Shown piece by piece: positions 1 through 13,557 of a stretch of DNA of 64,000 nt (the stretch's first letter is position 1; the number at the start of each line of letters is the position of its first letter). The position numbers and the translations under genes were made by a program. The stretch covers positions 6,448,001 to 6,512,000 of the forward strand of contig OZ059897.1 of assembly GCA_964057225.1 (NCBI GenBank), written 5' to 3'. Below the pieces are notes generated by a model. The model searched no databases and was not told where the DNA came from. It worked only from the letters and a program-made list of their open reading frames with translations. This DNA is from Auanema rhodensis (lineage: Eukaryota; Animalia; Nematoda).

Positions 1-864
1 TAGAGAAACGGATGGGTCTGCTGTTTCAACTATCAGCTAACTTTTTTGAAAATAGATTCATCATTTGAGCCTGACTCATCTGGAATGGCTGTTAAAATTG
101 TAAGTTGATGTATGTATATGTATGTACATGTAAATATGATCATCCGGTAGTTTATAGTTAATTAAGTTACTGATTAACGTTATGTGTTTTGTTATCCTCG
201 TCCTTTTATGCTTCTTCATTATGTGTATATAACTGCAAAAACGTTTTTAAGTATTCAGATGAGACATTGAAAACCAGTTTGAAAGCGTATAGATCTGTTG
301 CAAAATAGATTTGCTTTTAATTTTCAATCTTATTTATCTTTTCTTCATTCTTAAGTTAATTAGTCTTTTCTATTTTTCTTCATTTTCACGGAGGTCAGAG
401 GGCTGGAACTTATGCATACAACTAGCCGTTGACTCCAGACTTGACGTCATCCACTACTGATAGAATTAATGACGTTCTATGCGTGAAGCTCTTCAAGCTC
501 ACAGCCATTACTAATATATGTTTATGACAATTTTTTTACTTTTCGGAATGACCTTAAGATTATGTCATTCCCAGTTTCATCAGTCTGTCAAATCTGAAAT
601 TCATATAAACTCTGATCATTTTCTTTTGTATGCATCAATCATCAATAGGCTACTTTCACAATATTTTAAATATTAAAACAGAAATTAAGCTTACGGCTAA
701 GAAGCTTACTTTGATCAAAGAAAAAAAATTAATTTTTTATAATAAGAAAGAGAAATCAGAATAAGCTACTTCTTGCGCTGGCTTCTCCTCAAATGAAATG
801 TTTTTATTAATTTCAAAATTTCCAAAAATAGAGAAAGAGAATGAACCGTACAGAAAAGGATATA

Positions 865-866
<2 letters not shown>

Positions 867-925
<59 letters not shown>
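867..925. repeat. (AG)n microsatellite
   Basis: Pure AG run of about 59 bp. Confidence 0.95.
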
Positions 926-929
<4 letters not shown>

Positions 930-1123
930 AGGAAAAACCGTACAAAAAAAGATTTGAAAGAGAGTGTGTGAAAGAGAGTGTGTGAAAGAGAGAGAGAGAG
1001 ATGGAGGAAATGAAGGAAATGAAAAAGAGAGAGAATAAACATATACCATATTTACTATTACGTTTGAATCATAAAAAACTATTTTAATAATTACAATATA
1101 ATTCTAAATATATATAATTAGTT

Positions 1124-1156
<33 letters not shown>

Positions 1157-4100
1157 TCTAAAAGTATTATGCTTATTTTAAAAATATTTATAATGAAATA
1201 ATTATGTTCTTTCGATATTAGTTCGTATCTTCCTATTTCATATAAGTACTTTATACTCACTCACCACATTCAGCAAAACATTTCTTCATTTTATCTTTTC
1301 GTTCATTTGCTGCTTAATGCTACTACTATTTAGAAGAGTATGAACTGGAGTATATGCATATCTTACTTCATTGAAAATTACCTTTGGTCTCTCTCCCTCT
1401 CTCTTAGCAGCTCTATTACTCTCTCTATCTTGCCAACTATCACTTTTGCTCTTTTATTTCTCGCCTTTACCTCCTACACTAAATTATTTTCGCCTCAGTT
1501 ACCTAAAAACATTTCTTTCAAAATCTCTATTGAAATAGCTTGCACGTCTTAAATGTCAAAATTACGGCAATTGATCTTGAAATCTCAGGAGAGGTTGTGT
1601 GAGGGTGGACACGAATAGATGTCGTCATCCGTCAAGAAAACCTTTTGAAGCATTTTTCATCCAGAACCCTCTTTATTCATTCGAAAATCAGTGTTCGATA
1701 TATTGAGAATGAAGGCTGACAGGACAGACGAGTTATTTTTCTTTGTTTTACTGAATTTGTATACAATGCTCAAATATATTTATATAATAGATTGTCCTTC
1801 TTTCAAGAAAAAAAAGTAATTTCACATCATTTATTGTAAAATAATACTTAAAGCTGTCACTTATTACTATTTGTATACATATATACAAGCACACATAAGG
1901 CACACATCGTGTGTTGTTTTGTTTTTTTCTAGTTTTGTTACTAGGAAATTGAATAACTCATTCTTTCCATTGAAAAGCATCGCTTGACCAACCTGCTTTC
2001 AATCTAAACCTCTTGATTTTTTCGCCAATCGCAAACTTTCTTTTCCACTTACTTCCACATTGAGTATAGTTTAGCTCAAATAAGATTTACATCATGTCAG
2101 CTCTGAATGATGTAGAGTATGAAACTACCAATCTTCAAAGTCTTGAAGATCTGACGTCATCCACATTAAATTAATCCGTCCGGGTTACAACTGAACTTAT
2201 TTCCAGTTCAAGGTGCTGTTTAATGCATCAAAAATCAGATCATTTTATAATGAATATATGGACAGCATTGGATCTTAGAAGTAAACTATTTTTTTTTTCT
2301 TTCAAAGCATATTTAATTTTATTCGTAAATTGCAAACTAAAGCTGGAAAAAAAACTTGTAAAATGGCAGGTAGTCTAGTCAACCTGTAGTTTTAGGTAGC
2401 AGAAATATAAATATTTCATTTTCAGTCTTATTATCTCTTTTCTAAATTGATCAGATAAGTTTTCACTAAATTTTCTATTTACTTCACTTATAGTGAAGTA
2501 AATGTTTTTTTTTTTAATTTATAATAAATACCATTGGAAATGCCAACCTCCAACTCCTACTCCTTCTTCTTCATCTTATTCTTCTCTTCCATCTCTTTCA
2601 TACATATCCTATCTTACTTCTACATTCTCCGTTTAACTTCCCTCTTATAACCTTTTTTCTTGAGCTTAAAACCTCTTTTTTTTCCAAAAAGAGTTTTGTT
2701 TTTGCAATTCATGATGTTACAGTACTTTGCGAGATTAAGCATAAATTAATTTTTCTTCAATGATCATACACCTAAACCTTGAACTACATCACTTATCCTG
2801 TAAAGCCATTTTTAATTTTGAATGAAGTTCATATTTCATGTCTAACAAAACTATAAAAATAAATTTCTATATGACGAAGCCGTATATATTCAAGAAGTCT
2901 ATGGATTTTGCGGGAAAAAAAAATTATTTACTTGTACGAGGGTGGATTGTTAAGCTTTTGCTGATCTATCAGATACATGCATGCATATCTGCTCTATGTG
3001 TCCATTTGAACGAAATTGACAAAAAAAGGAAAAAGAATTGTGAGAATATAAGTTTTATAAATAGATGCATGTTTTTGTTATTTATATGAAATACGTTTGT
3101 ATTAATTTTTAAGATTATTGTTTTTTAAACTCTTTTTTTCATTTTATTTCAAAAAAAAAAGAAAAAAAAAGAAAGAGGAGTTAGAAAGATGTTATTATTC
3201 GTGTTACATATACACTCAAATTCATGGTTTTTAGCTTTTAAAAAAGGAATAAAAATGATTTTTTGTAGCTTCTTCTCAAACTTTTCAAATCTTAAAATTC
3301 ATATATAATATGTATATTAAAGCTATTAAATCAAAAAAAGTTTTGAACTAAGTTGTTAAAATTTCATAATTTTTTAAATAATACATGTAAATATATATAA
3401 ATTTAAATATTTTCATGACGTAGTTTATTTTAAAAATAGTTGTAATAGCAGTTAAATGAAGCTACTAAAACAAATATATATCAACACAACCCATCTTAAT
3501 TAAATTTTCTCATTTTTTTCTCTTTGTTGAAACAAAAAAATAAGCAGATAATACCGGATATCGAGAGAAAGAGATCAGGATGAGAAAGAGGGTCGAGAGA
3601 GAAATGGAACGAAAAAAGTATTTAATTGGTTAAGCTTGTTTTCCCTTGCTTTCACTTATATAAAGAAGAAGAAGAAGAAGAGCAATATTTTGAAATCTCC
3701 ATCCCTCATTGAAAACCAGAGATTGCTCACCTACATATGTTCACGATAAGCTAAAACTCCATGATTTGATTAAGAAATTATTTATCAAAAGCTTCCGCCC
3801 CCCCCCTCTCCGAACCAACAATTTCCCTCAATCCTTTGCCACCCCTATAGAACAAGAAGATATTTTAAATTTTATTAGACATCAATGTGTTTCATTCTAA
3901 TATATATTAATTCATATTATCATAGTATGTTCATGTTTCAAACATAATCCATAATTCTATAAATTCTCCTTTTATTTCACCGAAAGGAGAAAAAGATTTT
4001 CTCTTTGAAGATTATTCACTGTTTAATACTTACTTATTTCTTTTGTGATTTTTTATGTTTGTTATTCGGCGATTATAGTATGGTAGTAGAATCAAAAAGC

Positions 4101-5172
4101 AAAATTGAAGAAAATGTGATTTATAATGGATTAATGGTTAGAAATACTTTTTATAGTTTTTCTTCACCCGTAGAAAAGGATTATGTATCCATTTTTTGCT
4201 TCCAAAATATAATTGAATATGTTTGTCTAATTTCATCTTTTTCATCTTAGCCCTCAATTACATTTTCAAAAGAGACAGAGGGAGAGAGAGCGAGATAGAG
4301 AGAAAGAAAGAGAGAGAGAGTGAGAGTGTGAGAGAGAGAGAGAAAGAAATGACTGATGTGTAGCGATAGATTTCACATAAATATATAATAATAATTAAAT
4401 ATACTTAACTAAACTAGATGAACACATCCACATACATATATGAACCTAGTCCGTCTGAAGGTCTGAAGTTGTATCAGATGTATTATCTATCTATCATGAG
4501 AGCAGACCAAAGTGTTGAATTTTGAAAAGACGGCCACCCTCTATATGGCAAACATGCTTTATTCATAAAAACATGTAATCTTTTCTGTTATGCGTATAAA
4601 TCGATCAAATAATTAGCTAATAATATATTATAATGATTCAATATTAATTATATCAGATATTATATCAGTTTAATATTAAAAGTACAAAGTGCAACTGTCA
4701 TATAAGCTGGCGATTGTCATAAAACATTTCAATTCTGTAAAGAATTTTTGTTTAAAAATTCACTGTAATCAGAATGCCACGAAATCAGAAGATATATTTT
4801 TTCTAGCACGATACTCGGTGAGGAGATACATAGTTCTGAAGTCCAAGTACAGTTAATCCGCTGATAACGCTATACTACGACCAATGATTTGAAATATGCT
4901 ACGCTTCTTATGTTCTCGAAGTCATGTATACACATATCTATCTATCTATCTATATATATATTTGTATTTGCTTAGAAGATAGATGTAAAGCATTATCCTC
5001 ATTTCCTTTTCTAGTTGACGTTTCCATTAAAAATATTGAAAATTGACCTTATGATTTGAAGAAAAATTCAAGTCATAAAGTCACAAGATTACGGTAGTTG
5101 ACAGGAAGTCTTAATATATACTTTGATTGTAAAAAGTATTTGAAAAGCCGTTAATGATTTGTGTGCAAAAGA

Positions 5173-5211
<39 letters not shown>

Positions 5212-8200
5212 TATATATTTATATATAAATGTAATTTCTATATTATATATTTATATATAAATCAATTATATTTTTATTTATTTTTAGAATTATATTAACT
5301 AAACAAAACTATTTTTTTAACAATATTTGTAATTTGGATTAGAAAAGGAAAAACGTATGAAGCTGTCTTTTACGAGCAGTTGACATGCTAGGAAGTAGTA
5401 GTTTCAGTCACGTTGCCATGATATTCTTACAACCTTTTGCTGTGACAAAGTATTAAAAAATGAATAAATGAATAGACAAGATATTGCTGTTGTACATATG
5501 TATCTCTACCGGATTTTACACATAACATATACACACATATATACGCACATTTCTTCTCATTTAGGTTGAAAACATATTAGAAAAATTGTCAGAATTATCC
5601 GACAGATATGAATTTGAACTTGATGATTGGAAGCTTTTAGGTTTTTTAAACTAGCATGAAGCCTAACATCTATAATCTGATATGGATGGTATATCATTTT
5701 GTTCTGTTCATTCTTGAAGTAAAGATTACAATGATGAGTTACACCATGAAGAGCCATGATGGAAAAACAATATGTGTACATACATACTATGTATATTCAT
5801 GATAACACAACACATGATGTTACGATGATCATGAACTCAAACAATGTGAATAGCATTGAGAGATGAGAAACAATTTGAGAAATATTTCACAAATTATGAC
5901 AAAGAACAATTTTACAGTATGGAATTAGCATATCTTACGAGACGTGAGATTAAGCATTAGTATTAGCTACTAATTCATTTTGTGTTTTGTTTACGTGTTA
6001 AGCGGTTGGGATCATATAATCTGCATAATTTAGTTATCTACATATTAGTTATTCACTTTCTATATACTTTTATTGTTCTTCTTTGTATAATTTTAAAATA
6101 TAAAAAGATCGAATATGCCTAAAATCAGTATAATCTTTTTGCGCTTAGTAATACAAATCTTATCACGATTATCGATAATGTTATTAGATATCTCAAGCGT
6201 CTCAAAAAACAAATCCTTTATTTTTCATTTTAGAAATTTGCAGTATTTTTTTCTCAAAAGATCTAAGAAAGAAAAAAAAGAATTTGATTTATTTATAAAT
6301 AAATTATATTTTGATATACATTAATATACATGGCTATAATAATATATATATCTAAATATTTCTTCTTTTTCTCTCTGTATTTCTCTCTCTTTCTCTCTCT
6401 TTCTCTCTCTCTCTTTCTTTATTTTCATTTTCTTTATATGAATATACATACATACATTCATATCATATGGTCTCCATCAAAATGTTCCTCTTAACATACT
6501 CACGTTTTGAGCTTCACTGGTCTTGAATTCTGTGTTAAAGTGCCTTCCCCCACCCGAACATTATTTCTTTTGCTTTGAACAAAAAGTTTATTTTCTTTTT
6601 CTGAATGACTAGATTCTCCACAACAGCTTCAAAGCAAATACATTGCAAGCCATGCTAACTGCTCATTGGAGGAAATTTGTAATTATAACTAAATAAGCAT
6701 AATATTTATTTATATATTTCTAATAAATGTCATGGCTTTTATTACATCTTTTACCTCTCACATCCATCCAATGACAGTTGTAAGCTAAGCTCCTTAAAGC
6801 TTCTCTTTTATTCTAAGACGTATTTTCTCCTATTTCTTCTGTATTTTTTGGCATCTAATCATTTTCCATTAATACTTCAGAAGTTAAAATAGAAAAAAAA
6901 ATTCGTATTTACATGATGATGAAGATGACTATAACGGTTCACTTATTCCTTTATATGACATGTATATGACGTAATAGTTAATACGATGAAGTCGGAAAAG
7001 TTCATTTGAATCAGACAAGGTGACTGACTTGACGATCATCATTCTTTTATCTACTAGCATTGACGTTTATATACAAAGCTTAAGATGATGTTCATTTATT
7101 TCCCTGATTCCGTTGAGCTTCAGCTATAAGATTGCCATCTTCTAGATATAAAGCATCATCAGGTCATTCCTCATTCTGAAATATGATATATCTTATCTTT
7201 ATTTTTCTATTATACTCCCCTTTATTTATTTCGATGTTTCTATCTTGCAGCATCGTCGGATCTATTACAAAAATATGTTATTTTTTTGTGAAATAAAGAA
7301 AAAAAAATGAATAAAAAGACAAAAAAGAACTTATTATGTTATGTTTGATGGCGTCGACATACGCAAATGAGCCTGAAATTGAACCAATTAGGGTTCTATA
7401 AATAATTTTTTTTTCCTGCGAAATATAAGAAACAATTGGTTAATATACATGTTTTCTTGTTATATTCTTTAATAATCTAATTCAAACATAACCTACAACG
7501 CGTTTGCATTTATTAAATTCATTTTATAAAACGTCTATTGTAAAATGATTTAGCCCATATCGTCACAACAGCTTTTCCATTTTGTCACCAATTAATATAT
7601 GAAAGCTTGTGAATTTAAAGAAATCAACAATCATAATCACCTTGAAAATTATATTACACGTCATTTTCTTCTAATCTTTCCTCAATATTTCTCCAGAAAT
7701 AGTGAAAAAAAAGTTTAATTGAATTAAAATCTCTGCTGTTTTGCAGAAGCATTTTCAATGAGTTTCACGGGATTTCAATAGTTAGATGTAAGTGAGTACA
7801 CTTTTAAACGAATATCATATTAACTATATGATATACGATTTACATTTATCATTTTCTGGTATTTTTTATTCATAAAATTTGTTATTAGATTTGAGAAAAA
7901 AAAGATCAAAAATGAATTTTAAATCTATTCTAAACTAATACTCTCTGATCAAATTTTTCACATCTTTTTAGCATTTTGTTTTATAAAAAAATATATATAC
8001 GGTAATACGGTTAGAAAAGATATATTCTTCATAACATATATTTATATTTTTTAAGAGTTTTTTTCTATTGTATTTATGTTAAGAATTGTAAAAAGAGCAC
8101 TACTACTTAGCTCCTCCCTCAGAAATAACAAAACAAAAACGAAATTTGAGCATAATTCATCTATATTTACTCCAGGTTTTAATGTTCTTCAACCAAATGG

Positions 8201-9641
8201 TTTATAATATATGTATTTTTATCTTTAAATTATAAGTATTTATGTGAATAAATAAGAAGTTTTAAAAAAATCTCATCTTGTATCTCTGTAATCAATTGTT
8301 TTTTAATTTAGAATTTAATTTATGAAATGGAACTGAATCAGTGAGGACAGAGTGGGGGTGGAAAGTGAAATATAAATTAAATTCTCTCCAACTTTACTCT
8401 ACTCTTTCTGGTATTGAATTTGAAGAACTTTTTGTATACCTTTTTCTAATTGAAAAGACCAAAATTTTGTTTTAAGTCAGTAAATCTTATCTCATCTAGG
8501 TTGATAATATTCTATAAATACCATGGCTTCATCATCCTTCACATCATTCTTGGTATCATATTAGTCAAGATATTCTCAAAATCCAATAATCCGTTTGTTG
8601 TATTGAGATGCACATGAAAAGACTTTTTTTATTTATACTTAAACGACCTTTTTTGGCTCAACGGTCTTGAAATCCATTAAGTCTTGGCTATTTTTCTCAA
8701 AATAAATTTTTTTATTCGCCCGTATGGCTTCATTTACGGTGCTTCATCATCAATTAGTATTGTAGAAGAACAACAAAGGATCGTATCAAGAGAATCAATT
8801 TCTTTCATTCATTTTTTCCTTTCTTTCTTCTTTTTTTTCTTTTTTGTTATAAATAATAATCTTTTTTTATTTATACATATATAATAAAACAAAATTCAAA
8901 TATAGCAGTTCATTTATATGTCTATTATTAAATTTTTTTTTCTTTAATTCTTCTTTTTTTTCTTTTTTTTTCTTTTTTTTTAAACAAAAATGATCCTCCC
9001 TCCCTCAATCTCTCATCTCCCACCCCCTATAGAACCATGCTTCAACATTTCACAAAGTATATAATAGACGAAATCTGTGAATAAAAAGATAACTGGAACA
9101 GTTTGAGGCTGATATGTGATGAGGAACTGTCTCAACCTCTTGACTTCTTCCAATCTTTTTCATTTGTTTTCCATTCCATTCTCACACAAGCTTTATACTT
9201 CTCAATCAAATTTTCATATACTATATACTATATATAGAAGAAACTTTTTAATATTATTAACGAAAAATTTAATCATAAATCTCTTGTAGAATGTAGAATA
9301 TTTGTATCAATTGTTTGCAATTTGTGTGGAAATATAACGTCTAATCGTATAGTTGCAATATATTTTTTCATCAAAAAATAATAAATAAACGTCTTTATCT
9401 TGTCCAAAATTAAATTAGTTTTACCCAATAATTCTAAAACATCTCCTGTACCTCTATTACTCTTCCATGATAACACTTCTGTCGGTATATGGTAGTTGTC
9501 CAGCTTCTATGCTTTACCCCTTTACTATGCTTATCTTACATTTTGTTATTTTTATTTTTAATTTAATACATTTGTGCTATTTTTTTACTTTAAATACGTA
9601 TTTAAATATATTGAACATGTTAGATTAAGGTAATACAGAGT

Positions 9642-10074
9642 ATGGTGCTGCGAATAAGCAGCCCTCTGTTATTATTCGTGCTATTCGTATGGATTTCCAT
9701 GATTCAAGCAGCTCTAATACGAGAGAGGAAATCTACGCGAGGTATGAATTTGGTATATTTTCTCATATACTTTGTAATGAAAGCTTAATTTTCTTTTTAA
9801 TTCTCAGTATACAAAGCAATATAACACTTTTCATGTACAGATAGTACAGCCATTTCTCATTTTAACTTTAAAATTTCATTTCATTGTTTCAGATAATATG
9901 GATATTGACCTATACGATGATCCATTAGCTGATAAAGCCTACGAACGAATGACAAGTTTATGTGCTCGTTTACGTAAAAGAGCTAATAGTAGTAAGATGG
10001 GTGACGAGTATGAACAACGACAACGAAAATCACCAGCGCCATTGGTGATGCGTCTCTGTGATTTGCTTGCTTAG
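9642..10074 (+). CDS. Small secreted prepropeptide (93 aa), candidate neuropeptide/hormone precursor; exons 9642-9741, 9893-10074
   Basis: Spliced ORF MVLRISSPLLLFVLFVWISMIQA-ALIRERKSTRDNMDIDLYDDPLADKAYERMTSLCARLRKRANSSKMGDEYEQRQRKSPAPLVMRLCDLLA*. Canonical G|gtatga donor and tttcag acceptor with matching phase; hydrophobic signal peptide; basic cleavage sites RK, RKR, RK. Confidence 0.75.
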
Positions 10075-11479
10075 AAGTAGACAAATGGGCAACAACGTGG
10101 TTCGTTGAGAAAACACCTTGCTTCAACATGTCGCTCCGTCTAAACAGTTCATCGATATCAAGTATGTCTTCTTCTTCATCTCTTTTTCTGAGATTCACCG
10201 AATATGAAGTCCAAACAATTTACTATTTTCGGTAATATAGTAAGAAATCAGAAGCAAACTTGTAGAATTTGAAAACAAAAAACGGTAAAGTGAAAATAGA
10301 ATTTCATTTTCACTTTACTATATGCAAACATCGGTTGTGTTTCTCCTTTTTTGTCTCAAACCTTCGTCTTTCTCTGATTCCTTGAATCACCTTTATGTCT
10401 TTTTAATGTATAATAACCTAGCTTTCTGAACTTTAAAAAAATATATTCAATTTATTTTGTAATTTCAGGTTTTTGTTCCGGGGTTTTGTATTGTAATAAC
10501 CTACAAACGGTTTGTTCAAGCATTGAAAACTGCGTCAGTTGTCCAAGTTATACAAGACGTCTCCTTAATCGTCATGTATCAGAGTCATCGTTGTCATTGT
10601 CTCACTTTTGTTATCTTTTGTTTCTTCTTAAACTATGTTCAAACTTTGAATCTACTAGTTCATAAACCTATAATCTATTCCACCAAACAGCATGTCTATC
10701 GGTCATCACGTACTATCTCTTATAATTTCCATGATTTTCTTCCAAAAAAAAGCGATCTGATGTTAGATCTGAACCCATGTTTCATAAATTGTGTTGCACT
10801 AATTCCTTTCCTATTTCTCGATTTAACAAGAGTTTTAAAAGATTTTTCTTTTTGCTAAATTGAAAAATAATTTTATCCTCTTATGATTCCCAAAAAAAAA
10901 ATAAAGGCAAAGAAACTGATGAATGAAGTTTTGCTTTATTCATTAACAGAAACTAATTAATTGAATTTAGCCTATAATTTCTTTTTCCAATCCAACAAAT
11001 CAAATTTCTAATTTGAAATCAAAAAAATTCACAACAAGTCCAATCACTCCTCCCCCTTACTACACCTCCACCTCTCTTTCTTTCTCTATCTATCTCTCTC
11101 TTTCTCTCTCTCTCGACCTAATTCAGCTCTGAAATAAAGATTCCGCTCTTTCAACTAATCAATTTAATAACAAATATTCTCATACCCTTTTTAACAATCA
11201 AAATACAAAAAAAAAAACATTTTTTTTTCAAAGATTGTATAATAAATGATTTGGAAGAAATCAACGTTGTATTGTATATTATTTTATATTTTAAATCAAG
11301 CAAAACGGAAAAAAACCGTAGAATTAGCTGAATGATATGCATAATGAAGATGTTGAATAAATATTTTATAACATGTTGTATTGTATTTCAAATGGAATAT
11401 ATGTATGAAACAAATAAAAATTTACCTAATTGCAACAAAAAAATCTTTTTTTATCTTGAAATTGAGATAAAGTGTAAAC

Positions 11480-11489
11480 TGACCTAATA
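11480..11489 (-). promoter_or_regulatory. Possible ROR/NHR-23-type half-site (TATTAGGTCA on minus strand) upstream of the collagen
   Basis: TGACCTAATA about 260 bp upstream of the collagen ATG. NHR-23 is known to regulate cuticle collagens, but the motif is short and may be chance. Confidence 0.3.
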
Positions 11490-11747
11490 GGCACTTTGTC
11501 TTCCGAAAAAAGGCGTTTTCATCTAACGAGGTCGTCGACCGTTTTCGGTATAACCTAATTCAGAGGCCTACTGATAGTAGTGAACTACCGGCATTCAGTC
11601 AGTGGTCTAGTTCACTTCATTTGATGTCCCATTTAGCTATTTGAAAGATTTTTTTCAATTTTGACTAACTTAGCTATATTCCTCTACTTCGTTTATTTAC
11701 TTTTAATTATTTCATAGCTTCATTCTTAATCTTTCTTTTGTTTAGCC

Positions 11748-12815
11748 ATGATTGATGTGGCTTCCTGCTCTAGGCAGGCCACTTTTTTCGCTACGGTCAT
11801 TTCCACTATTTCTCTGATAGCTGTTGTTATTGGGCTTCCTCTTATGCACTTTCATGTTCAGAAGGTTACTACACTTATGTTAACTGATGTAGAGCTTTGC
11901 AAGGTAATATCATAGTCTATAAGAACAAATCCTTTACCGAATTCTTATTTTCAAGGCCGAGACTCGTGATATCTGGAAGCAGATGGCTTTTACTCGTAAT
12001 GGTAGTATTAGAACCAAGAGGCAAACTCCTTACGGAAACTATGGCGGTATGGCTTCTGGGTCATGCTGTGCTTGTACTCAAGGATCACCCGGTCCTCGTG
12101 GACCAGCTGGTGGTGATGGAGAAGATGGAAATCCAGGAGGATCTGGAAGACCTGGAATGAATGGTCGTGATGGAAAGTATCTTCCTGCTCCACCTCCAGG
12201 AACTAATGCTTGCCAGAAGTGTCCACCAGGGCCACCAGGTCCACCAGGAATGCCAGGACAGAAGGGACCACGTGGCCCACCAGGAAAGGCAGGAAATGCA
12301 GGAAAGATCGGAGAAGATAATAGACCAGGACCCCCAGGACCACCAGGAATTCGTGGAGAGCCAGGAGCATCAGGACCAAAGGGACCTCCAGGAGATCGTG
12401 GAAAGGTTCTCAACGGTGCTCCACCTGGTCCACCAGGACCATCAGGAAAGGTTGGTCCACGTGGACCTCCTGGAAGTAGAGGACACGATGGTAAGCCTGG
12501 TTTGGGTGGAAACCAAGGAGTACGAGGAGCCGTTGGTTCTAGAGGAGATCCAGGAAATCCAGGTTTACCAGGACCACAGGGACCAAAGGGAGAGCCAGGA
12601 AATCCAGGAACATGTGCTCATTGTCAAGAGGTAAGTTATAAGAATGAAAAATTCTCAGAGAATTGATTTGTGTGAGCTGATATTCAACGTGTAACTTGCA
12701 GAATGCTCCTCCACCAGAGCAGACAGCAGATAAACCAGAAACTGAGGCTCCATCTGCTCAATATCCAACAGCTGCTGAAAGCCTACCTTCTAACGAGTAT
12801 TTATGGATTCATTAA
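11748..12815 (+). CDS. Nematode cuticle collagen; exons 11748-11903, 11956-12630, 12702-12815
   Basis: N-terminal TM/Col_cuticle_N region ([20 protein letters not shown]...ELCK), RTKR furin site, CCAC cluster, interrupted Gly-X-Y repeats, CxxC linker (CQKC), C-terminal CAHC, ends ...NEYLWIH*. Confidence 0.97.
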
Positions 12816-13557
12816 GTTGATTTTTTCAGCATCAACGACAGAACTCCATTTAACAATAATAATAATAATAAATATAATAAAGTCGAATGAATATTTGAAG
12901 AAATTTTTACAATATGTACAACCGCTTTGCGTAAAATTATTATATAAATAACAACGATGAAAGAAGTTTAGACTGCTACATATTTCAAAGACGCTTCACA
13001 TACATTTGAAAATGAACCAAGTGTTCGCTTATCAGAACTTTGTAGTGTGTTATAGAGAACGCAAAAAGTTATCTATTGTAACTTTCGATCATGCTGGTTA
13101 CGTGAAAAACTTGCACCTATAGTAATAAACATATTTCAATTCTTGTTGTACTTTCGACAAATATCTGTGTGAATATATTTCAAAAGAAAGCGCACCTTAC
13201 ACTACTAGAACTGGGCTGGGTCAAAATAATGGTCTCGTAACGATGAAAATAGAGGGTCAGGCCACCTTTAAGAGTAACGCTGCCGACCTAATCGATAAAG
13301 AAGCATCCTTATTGGGCTTATGCTTTAGTTTGTATTATTATATTTTAGTTTTGATAATTATATATTAATAGCTAACTATTATTAAGGTTATTTTTGCATA
13401 ATATCATCATTTTTAATGTTTTTACATTTAACCGTAATTTGGCGCTTTTTTCGTGTTTGCTGTTTAATTTGATTCAAATTTTTTTTTAATTATAGTATTG
13501 AACCCATACCTCAATAGATTTGAGTGTATCTTAATACTCAAATCATACATTTAAAAC

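Noticed and set aside
737-1049. ORFs with SLSLSL/ERERER runs (also at 17970, 47528, 51346, 59883, 61098)
   Set aside because: They are translations of AG/CT microsatellites.
2477-2503. Perfect 12-bp hairpin ATTTACTTCACT-TAT-AGTGAAGTAAAT
   Set aside because: AT-rich and isolated, with no transposon or Helitron end context.
5412-5425. Half X-box GTTGCCATGATATT
   Set aside because: Poor second half-site and no nearby start codon.
6606-6628. TGACTAGA miR-44/279-like seed
   Set aside because: No pairing 5' arm upstream.
10231-10468. Possible 3' UTR intron of the peptide gene (gtaata...tttcag)
   Set aside because: Splice-like signals alone are insufficient without transcript data.
12078-12634. 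Alternative-frame and antisense ORFs over the collagen
   Set aside because: Shadows of the Gly-X-Y codon pattern.
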